A stretch of DNA of 32,000 bases, from contig NC_006512.1 in assembly GCF_000008465.1 (NCBI RefSeq), positions 2,100,001-2,132,000 of the forward strand. The letters run 5' to 3'. The notes beneath the pieces are model-generated. The model had not been told where the DNA came from. It was given only the letters and a program-made list of their open reading frames with translations, and searched no databases. Numbering within the stretch: position 1 is the stretch's first letter; each line of letters opens with the position of its first letter. Origin of the DNA: Idiomarina loihiensis L2TR (GTDB lineage Bacteria > Pseudomonadota > Gammaproteobacteria > Enterobacterales > Alteromonadaceae). The position numbers and the translations under genes are program-made. Positions 26,122 through 32,000 of this stretch are shown piece after piece.

Positions 26122-27579
26122 ATGTCAGCACATTCTATGTCATCCCTGACTAAGAAAGACTGCTTTATTGAAGGTCACTGGGTTCCTACGGACAAACGTT
26201 TCTCAGTCACTAACCCCGCAACTGGCGAAGTAATAGCCGAGGTTGCTGACGCTGACGAAGATTTAACTCAACGTGCCATAAACGTTGCAGAGACAGCTCT
26301 TAAAAGCTGGCGCAAGAAAACCGCCCGTGAACGCGCGATGCTGCTGCGTAAATGGTACGAAGCCATGATGGACAACAAGCAGGCACTGGGTGAATTAATG
26401 AGTGCCGAGCAAGGTAAGCCCGTCGCCGAAGCCGTTGGCGAGGTCGAATACGGCGCCAGCTTTGTTGACTGGTTTGCCGGTGAAGCTGAACGCATCGATG
26501 GCGATATATTACCCAACGCTGATAGCAGTAAGCGTGTAATGGTCACTAAAGAGCCGGTTGGTGTCTGTGCGGCCATTACCCCATGGAATTTCCCCAACGC
26601 CATGATCACTCGTAAAATTGCGCCGGCACTGGCAGCGGGCTGCACTATCGTGGTTAAGCCACCGCAATTAACTCCGCTTTCTAGTCTGGCATTAGCCCAA
26701 CTGGCTAGTGAAGTTGGCATTCCCGACGGCGTTATTAATATTATTCCGACCAGCGATGCTAAAAGTGTAGGTAAACGTCTGGCGACCTCACCACAGGTTC
26801 GCAAGCTGTCATTTACCGGCTCTACAGGTGTCGGGAAAATTCTAATGCAGCAATGTTCAGAGCACGTCACAAAATTGTCTCTTGAGCTTGGTGGTAATGC
26901 TCCATTCCTGGTCTTTGACGATGCCGATATAGAGCAAGCCGCGGAACAGCTAATAGCCTGCAAATTCCGCAATGCCGGGCAAACCTGTGTTTCAGCGAAC
27001 AGGATACTGGTACAACAGTCTGTAGCCGAAAAATTTACCGACGCGGTTGTCAGTAAAGTGAAAGCTCTGAAAGTAGGGCCCGGTACAGAAGAAAATGTCG
27101 ACCTAGGTCCGCTTATCGATCAGGACGCTGTTGATAAAGTACAACGTTTAGTACTTGCTGCTAAGTCTGACGGTGCAACCATAGAAACTGGCGGTTCAGT
27201 AATGACCGAGTTAGGCGATTTATTCTATGCGCCAACGGTCATTACAGGTGTAACCGAAGAAATGGATATTAGTGAAGAAGAAATCTTTGGTCCGGTAGTG
27301 GCTATTAATACCTTTGAAACAGAAGAAGAAGGCATTGAAAAAGCCAACAATACTCCATTTGGCCTGGCTTCTTACTTCGCAGCCAAAGACACCGCTCGTA
27401 TTTTCCGTGTAAGTGATGCGCTTGAATACGGCATGGTTGGTGTGAATACTGGTGGCATATCGCACGCTTATAATCCATTCGGTGGCATCAAAGAATCCGG
27501 TGTTGGCCGTGAAGGTTCTAAGTACGGTATTGATGAATATCTTGAGTTAAAAACGGTGACTCTTGGCGGACTTGGATGA
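26122..27579 (+). CDS. gabD: NAD(P)+-dependent succinate-semialdehyde dehydrogenase (GabD-like ALDH)
   Basis: 485 aa, collinear with E. coli GabD over the whole length (ITPWNFP.AMITRK..PALAAGCT.V.KP, RKLSFTGST.VG..LM, LELGGNAPF.VFDDAD, KFRNAGQTCV.ANR, EE.FGP, GINTG..S....PFGG.K.SG.GREGSKYGI..YLE.K). GGAGG lies 5 nt upstream of the ATG. Confidence 0.85.
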   Translation: MSAHSMSSLTKKDCFIEGHWVPTDKRFSVTNPATGEVIAEVADADEDLTQRAINVAETALKSWRKKTARERAMLLRKWYEAMMDNKQALGELMSAEQGKPVAEAVGEVEYGASFVDWFAGEAERIDGDILPNADSSKRVMVTKEPVGVCAAITPWNFPNAMITRKIAPALAAGCTIVVKPPQLTPLSSLALAQLASEVGIPDGVINIIPTSDAKSVGKRLATSPQVRKLSFTGSTGVGKILMQQCSEHVTKLSLELGGNAPFLVFDDADIEQAAEQLIACKFRNAGQTCVSANRILVQQSVAEKFTDAVVSKVKALKVGPGTEENVDLGPLIDQDAVDKVQRLVLAAKSDGATIETGGSVMTELGDLFYAPTVITGVTEEMDISEEEIFGPVVAINTFETEEEGIEKANNTPFGLASYFAAKDTARIFRVSDALEYGMVGVNTGGISHAYNPFGGIKESGVGREGSKYGIDEYLELKTVTLGGLG

Positions 27580-28949
27580 ACCCGTTTGAAAACACACTGA
27601 AGCAATTAAAAAGCCATTTTGACAGCGGGCTCACTCGTCCGCTGTCATGGCGTTTAAATCAACTTCAGCAACTTCAGCGATTTCTTACGGAGAACGAAAA
27701 GTCTTTACTGCAAGCTCTAAAGTCTGATCTCAACAAACACCCTAGCGAAGCGCGTTTAACTGAATTACAGTTCCTCCAAAGCGATATTAAGCAGACAATT
27801 AAAGCTCTGCCAAAGTGGAGCAAGCCTCGCAAAGTGGGTAATCCTTTACTGGCGTGGCCGGCAACCAGCCAGTTAATTCCTGAACCGCTTGGCGCCGTAC
27901 TTATTCTGGGAGCCTGGAACTACCCTTTACAATTACTTCTGGCGCCTTTAATTGCAGCCATTGCCGCTGGCAACTGCGCTGTCATAAAGCCCTCTGAACA
28001 TGCAACAGCAACAGCAGACCTACTGGCTCACCAGTTACCAGACTACCTGGACAATGCCGCAATAAAGCTCGTGACAGGATCCGTAACCGAGTCACAACAA
28101 CTGACAGCACTGCCCTTCGACCACATTTTCTATACTGGCGGAGAAAACGCAGCCAAAGCAATTATGGCGTCTGCCGCAGAAAACTTAACCCCGGTTACGC
28201 TGGAGCTTGGCGGTAAAAGCCCGGCGGTAGTTTTAGCCGACGCACCCATTCAAGTTGCCGCCCGCCGTATTATCTGGGGTAAGTTTCTTAATGCAGGCCA
28301 AACCTGTATTGCGCCGGATTATGTGCTGGTAGAGGATAGCGTGAAAGAGCCGTTAATTGCCGCCATGCAGCACGAACTCATCAGTTTTTACGGTGAAGAT
28401 CCTCAGCACAGCAGTGATTACGGCAGGATCATCCATCAGCAGCACTGGCAGCGCCTGACGCAAATGCTGGAAGGCGAAAACGTGGTTGTCGGTGGAGACT
28501 CTGATAAGAGCGAACGTTATATTGCACCCACAATAGTGGATGGTGTAAAAGACGGCAGTGCGCTCATGCAGGAAGAAATTTTTGGTCCAATATTGCCTGT
28601 TATAACCATTAAGTCAGCAGCGGATGCCATTGAGGAAATCCGTCGTCATCCAAAACCATTAGCACTCTATGTGTTTAGCAACAATCAGCGCCTGCTTGAT
28701 TTATTTACACAGCAAGTGTCTGCCGGCAATGTTTGTTACAACGACACACTCATGTTCATGCTGAACGACGAATTGCCTTTTGGTGGCGTTGGTCGCAGTG
28801 GTATGGGTCGCTACCATGGTAAATGGGGCTTTGATACCTTCAGCCATTTAAAACCCGTGATGACACGCAGTTTTCGTTTCGACGTCGTTTTGCGCTACCC
28901 GCCTTACAGCAAGTTAAAAGATAAAATCTTATCCTGGTTTAGTCATTAA
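27576..28949 (+). CDS. Aldehyde dehydrogenase, ALDH3-like (coniferyl/fatty aldehyde dehydrogenase type)
   Basis: 457 aa with the motifs GAWNYP, KPSE, TLELGGKSP, the catalytic Cys context FLNAGQTCIAPDYV, EEIFGPILP and PFGGVG.SGMG.YHGK.GFD.FSH. The start overlaps the gabD stop (ATGA). Confidence 0.85.
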   Translation: MNPFENTLKQLKSHFDSGLTRPLSWRLNQLQQLQRFLTENEKSLLQALKSDLNKHPSEARLTELQFLQSDIKQTIKALPKWSKPRKVGNPLLAWPATSQLIPEPLGAVLILGAWNYPLQLLLAPLIAAIAAGNCAVIKPSEHATATADLLAHQLPDYLDNAAIKLVTGSVTESQQLTALPFDHIFYTGGENAAKAIMASAAENLTPVTLELGGKSPAVVLADAPIQVAARRIIWGKFLNAGQTCIAPDYVLVEDSVKEPLIAAMQHELISFYGEDPQHSSDYGRIIHQQHWQRLTQMLEGENVVVGGDSDKSERYIAPTIVDGVKDGSALMQEEIFGPILPVITIKSAADAIEEIRRHPKPLALYVFSNNQRLLDLFTQQVSAGNVCYNDTLMFMLNDELPFGGVGRSGMGRYHGKWGFDTFSHLKPVMTRSFRFDVVLRYPPYSKLKDKILSWFSH

Positions 28950-29031
28950 CCATTGAAATTATGGACTCGCGTCTGCATATCTCTGATAACAGAGATTAAA
29001 GTGGCTTATTAAAACAGGAGCGTCGCAGCTG

Positions 29032-29883
29032 ATGTCCGAATCCAATATCGTTAACCTTGACTTGCAGAACTTTCAGCAAGTTTTGCTGGAAGGCTCAAAA
29101 GAAAAACTCATTATTATCGATTTTTGGGCTGACTGGTGTGAACCCTGCAAACAACTTATGCCAGTGCTTGAAAAGCTGGCTATGCAATACAGCGACCAGG
29201 TTATTCTGGCCAAAATAAATTGTGATGAACAACAAGAATTAGCCGCCCAGTTTGGTATTCGCAGTTTACCTACCGTAGCCTTTTTTAAAGACGGTCAGCC
29301 AGTTGACAGTTTCGGTGGAGTGAAAACCGAAGGTGAAATTCAGGAAATACTAACGAAACACCTGCCCAGTCCGTCAGACGACTTAATTCAACAAGCTCAG
29401 ACAGCTATGGGCGAAGGTGACGCGAATACGGCTTATACTCTGGCTAAACAAGCTTACGATTTAGACAACACTAATATGCAGGCTCTTAAACTGCTAGCCG
29501 AAGCTGCGGTCGATGCTGGCCGGTTGGATCAGGCCAAAGAGCTGGTCGCTAAGATTCCACTGGTAGAGCAAGACGGTGACTACCAACGTATAAAAGGCAA
29601 GCTTGAGCTGGCGGAAGACGCCGCTGACTCTCCAGAGCTACGCGCTTTACAGGAGCAAGTAGAAAATACCCCCGATGACCTGGCTTTAAAATTACAGTTA
29701 GCACTTAAGTTTCATGAAGCAAGTCGTGATGAAGAAGCCCTGCAGCAGATTTTCACTGTATTAGGTAAAGACGTCAATTTTGCTGATGCGAAAAAATACG
29801 CACTCGACATTATCAATTCATTACCCGATGGTGATCCTCTGGCAGCGACCTATCGTAGAAAGCTTTACAGCACAATGTATTGA
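29032..29883 (+). CDS. cnoX: Thioredoxin-domain + TPR co-chaperone (YbbN/CnoX family), CxxC intact
   Basis: The N-terminal thioredoxin fold contains FWADWCEPCKQL. The C-terminal TPR-like helical repeats end in ...YRRKL...LY, as in YbbN-type proteins. Confidence 0.82.
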   Translation: MSESNIVNLDLQNFQQVLLEGSKEKLIIIDFWADWCEPCKQLMPVLEKLAMQYSDQVILAKINCDEQQELAAQFGIRSLPTVAFFKDGQPVDSFGGVKTEGEIQEILTKHLPSPSDDLIQQAQTAMGEGDANTAYTLAKQAYDLDNTNMQALKLLAEAAVDAGRLDQAKELVAKIPLVEQDGDYQRIKGKLELAEDAADSPELRALQEQVENTPDDLALKLQLALKFHEASRDEEALQQIFTVLGKDVNFADAKKYALDIINSLPDGDPLAATYRRKLYSTMY

Positions 29884-29921
29884 AGACCTGTATTGATGGT
29901 TGTTCACTAGCAGCAGTGTTT

Positions 29922-29949
29922 GGCCGGCTTCCCCAGCCGGCTTCTTTTT
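29922..29949 (+). terminator. Rho-independent terminator after cnoX
   Basis: The sequence is GCCGGCT-TCCCC-AGCCGGC followed by TTCTTTTT, about 40 nt after the cnoX stop. It overlaps the TTG-initiated extension of the next ORF, which argues for the downstream ATG as the zapE start. Confidence 0.72.
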
Positions 29950-29976
29950 GTCCTGACGTTTTGTGATAATAAGCTC

Positions 29977-31098
29977 ATGCAGGAAAACTATAATCAAGAC
30001 ATTCAGTCCGGTGCGCTCCAACCCGATAAATATCAGTTAGAGGCGGTAAAGGCGCTGCAGCAACGACTGGACTCACTTGCTCGCGGACATAAACCGAAAA
30101 GTCTTTACTTATTTGGCCCGGTCGGCCGAGGGAAGACCCTGCTGATGGACATGTTTTATCAACATCTTCCGAAAAGTCAGTCTATTCGGCTGCATTTCCA
30201 CCATTTTATGGCCAAAATCCACGAAGAACTGAATAGCCTTCAGGGCGAAGCTAACCCGATGCAGATTATTGCTAAGAGGTGGTCACAGCACTATTCGATA
30301 ATCTGTCTGGATGAGTTTTTCGTTGAAGATATTGGCGACGCAATGATTTTAGCCGGACTATGGCATGCGCTGTTCAACGAGGAGGTTAGTTTAATAACAA
30401 CCTCGAACGCCCCACCTAATGAGCTTTACAGAGATGGTTTGGCGCGCCATCGCTTCGAACCTACAATAGAGTTGTTGAATAAGGAGTGTGACTGTCTGGA
30501 CTTGGGTATGGGCGTTGATTATCGCCGACTGCACGAAGCCGATTTACCCTATTACCTTAAGCAAGGCACGCTGCAACAGCTCCGTTCACTCGCAGAGAGT
30601 CATTTCGGCCGCACAAAAGAAACCCCCTCCGTTCGGATAATGAAGCGTGAAATTCCGTGCTTATGGCACAACAATAAAGTGATTGGTTTTGACTTTATGT
30701 CTCTCTGCTCCGGCCCCAGAAGTCAGCGCGACTATATGGAACTGGCCGATCGTTATGCTGCTATAGCGGTGCATCAGGTTCCGGCTTTTTCTTATATACC
30801 AGATAAAGACCTGGTACATGGTGTAGAGGAAACATACCAGCGCGAACATCAGGCAAATATTGTCAGCAAACTGGATAACGAAGCCCGTCGTTTTATAGCT
30901 CTGGTCGATGAGTGCTATGACCGAAAGTGTCACTTATTGGTAACCGCCGAAACCGACATCGATAAATTATATCAGGCCAGACAATTGGCTTTTCCTTTCC
31001 GGCGTTGCGTTTCACGACTTTTTGAAATGCAGCAATGGGGTGACTCAGTTGCAGGAAACACGCTGGTAAAAAGACGCCAATCTGTTCCAGAGAGTTGA
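29977..31098 (+). CDS. zapE: Cell-division AAA-type ATPase ZapE (AFG1/YhcM family)
   Basis: 373 aa from the ATG at 29977. It has Walker A (LFGPVGRGKTLLMD), Walker B (ICLDEFFVEDIGDAM), TSN.PP..LY.-G..R..F.P.I, and an RLxEMQ C-terminal motif. Confidence 0.88.
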   Translation: MQENYNQDIQSGALQPDKYQLEAVKALQQRLDSLARGHKPKSLYLFGPVGRGKTLLMDMFYQHLPKSQSIRLHFHHFMAKIHEELNSLQGEANPMQIIAKRWSQHYSIICLDEFFVEDIGDAMILAGLWHALFNEEVSLITTSNAPPNELYRDGLARHRFEPTIELLNKECDCLDLGMGVDYRRLHEADLPYYLKQGTLQQLRSLAESHFGRTKETPSVRIMKREIPCLWHNNKVIGFDFMSLCSGPRSQRDYMELADRYAAIAVHQVPAFSYIPDKDLVHGVEETYQREHQANIVSKLDNEARRFIALVDECYDRKCHLLVTAETDIDKLYQARQLAFPFRRCVSRLFEMQQWGDSVAGNTLVKRRQSVPES

Positions 31099-31122
31099 AT
31101 TCCCTGTATTTACCAGCGTGTT
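31057..31122. repeat. Perfect 14-bp inverted repeat bracketing the zapE stop codon
   Basis: AACACGCTGGTAAA (31057-31070) is exactly complementary to TTTACCAGCGTGTT (31109-31122). The 38-nt spacer contains the zapE TGA (31096-31098). No U-tract follows. Confidence 0.6.
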
Positions 31123-31347
31123 AAAACTGAGTTAATTAAATGTTATATGACTTGCAACAAATTCCAATATTACAATTGTCATGGATGTTAAAATAAGTTT
31201 TGTTTCCAAGCCGGATTTCCCGCATTCTGCCGCACAAACAGTAATTAGCTGCTTGCCGTTAAATTAACGCCTTGCTAGGATTGCTGGAATTTGCTGAACA
31301 GCAGCGCTTAAAAAGCGTAAAACAAAAACGATAAAAGAAGGTTCAGA

Positions 31348-32000
31348 ATGAGCGAACAACGCGATCAATTTAGCTCTAAGATTGGCTTTATATTAGCGGC
31401 GGCAGGTTCTGCCGTCGGCATTGGTAACTTAGTTGGGTTCCCCGTTGCTGCCACTAAAAATGGCGGTGGGGCATTTTTAATTATCTATGCGTTATTCGTT
31501 GCCTTTATCTGCGTGCCAGTTATGTTGGCAGAAATGGGCCTGGGCCGACGCGCTCAAAAAAGCCCTCTGGGATCTTACAAAGCATTATCGCCAAACAATA
31601 AAGGCTGGCATCTTGCTGGCTTACTGGCAGTTATCACGCCATTTATGATTGCGGTTTTCTACATGGTCATCACGGTGTGGATCTTCGGTTACCTCTGGCA
31701 TTCAGTTACCGGCAACCTCGATATGCTCGCCGACGCCGAATACTTTGGCCAATTCGTAAACGACTACGGCTTTGTTGGTTTCCTTATTGCAGTGACAATA
31801 ATCGTCAATGTTATCTTGCTTGGTGGTGTTCGTCAGGGGATAGAGAAAGCCGCGAAATTCCTGATGCCAGCGCTGTTTATTATGCTCATTCTGCTGGTTA
31901 TCTTTGTTCTGTCACTGGATAACGCCGTGCTCGGACTTGAGTTTTATCTGGTTCCCGACTTTTCAAAAATTGATGGTTCAGTAATCAACGGCGCATTATC
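31348..32000 (+). CDS. Sodium-dependent transporter, neurotransmitter:sodium symporter (NSS/SNF) family, N-terminal part (3' end beyond window)
   Basis: This ORF is missing from the supplied track because it has no stop within the window. My own translation from the ATG at 31348 runs open to nt 32000: MSEQRDQFSSKIGFILAAAGSAVGIGNLVGFPVAATKNGGGAFLIIYALFVAFICVPVMLAEMGLGRR... The GSAVG.GN...FP and GGGAFLI.Y segments are the NSS TM1/TM2 signature. An AAGAAGG RBS lies upstream. Confidence 0.88.
   Translation, partial: MSEQRDQFSSKIGFILAAAGSAVGIGNLVGFPVAATKNGGGAFLIIYALFVAFICVPVMLAEMGLGRRAQKSPLGSYKALSPNNKGWHLAGLLAVITPFMIAVFYMVITVWIFGYLWHSVTGNLDMLADAEYFGQFVNDYGFVGFLIAVTIIVNVILLGGVRQGIEKAAKFLMPALFIMLILLVIFVLSLDNAVLGLEFYLVPDFSKIDGSVINGAL

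Noticed and set aside
26268-26972. 234-aa ORF antisense to gabD
   Set aside because: It lies entirely inside a very well-supported GabD coding region. It is in the antisense frame, where stops arise only from Tyr, His or Gln codons of the sense gene. The product is a Ser/Ala/Arg-rich low-complexity sequence with no recognisable motif, start context or RBS.
28979-28996. Hairpin ATCTCTG-ATAA-CAGAGAT after the ALDH3-like gene, considered as a terminator
   Set aside because: The stem is AT-rich and 7 bp long, with no downstream U-tract. That is not enough to call an intrinsic terminator.
29920-29976. TTG-initiated 19-codon extension of zapE
   Set aside because: This stretch is occupied by the cnoX terminator hairpin and its U-tract. 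The ATG at 29977 matches the ZapE N-terminal length.
31140-31196. 18-codon small ORF (MLYDLQQIPILQLSWMLK) between zapE and the NSS gene
   Set aside because: It has no Shine-Dalgarno and no conservation evidence available. It overlaps the candidate promoter of the NSS gene.
31677-31922. 81-aa ORF in the supplied track
   Set aside because: It is in an alternative frame inside the NSS transporter gene (31348->), whose translation shows the family's TM1/TM2 signature.
1-32000. Search for a defence island, toxin-antitoxin pair, prophage, integron, IS element, CRISPR array, tRNA or rRNA
   Set aside because: Every ORF over about 130 aa has a confident housekeeping or envelope assignment. I saw no integrase, transposase, nuclease-helicase or methylase combinations, no terminal inverted repeats, no direct-repeat arrays and no tRNA-like cloverleaf sequences in the short intergenic regions.

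Overview
This window is a tightly packed stretch of chromosomal core from a gammaproteobacterium. Gene order matches the E. coli-type neighbourhoods cca-folK/folB-plsY-tsaD and pilT(yggR)-yggS-proC-yggT...rdgB-hemW-trmB-mutY-yggX. Accessory content includes a Kdo kinase, NhaP2, an FeS-BCP photolyase and an NSS transporter, which suggests a marine Alteromonadales/Vibrionales-like organism; that placement is a guess. I call 31 protein-coding genes, two of them cut by the window edges. I also call three rho-independent terminators, one well-supported promoter with a long leader (deaD), and a few weaker regulatory candidates. I found no rRNA, tRNA, CRISPR array, IS element, transposase, integrase or phage gene, and no recognisable defence or toxin-antitoxin module. 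I do not see a convincing new multi-gene system here. The two observations most worth follow-up are a single ORF fusing Kdo transferase WaaA to Kdo kinase KdkA, and a secreted PhoD-like protein whose metal-binding motifs look degenerate and whose start overlaps the pilT stop (TAATG), at the position pilU occupies in Pseudomonas. Secondary observations: six of seven convergent gene junctions have no intergenic spacer, and three of these share a TTAA double stop. An FeS-BCP (6-4)-photolyase-type gene sits in an operon with a lipocalin and has a possible ECF-type promoter. A perfect 14-bp inverted repeat brackets the zapE stop codon. All homology calls rest on motif recognition by eye and memory; no searches or computations were run.
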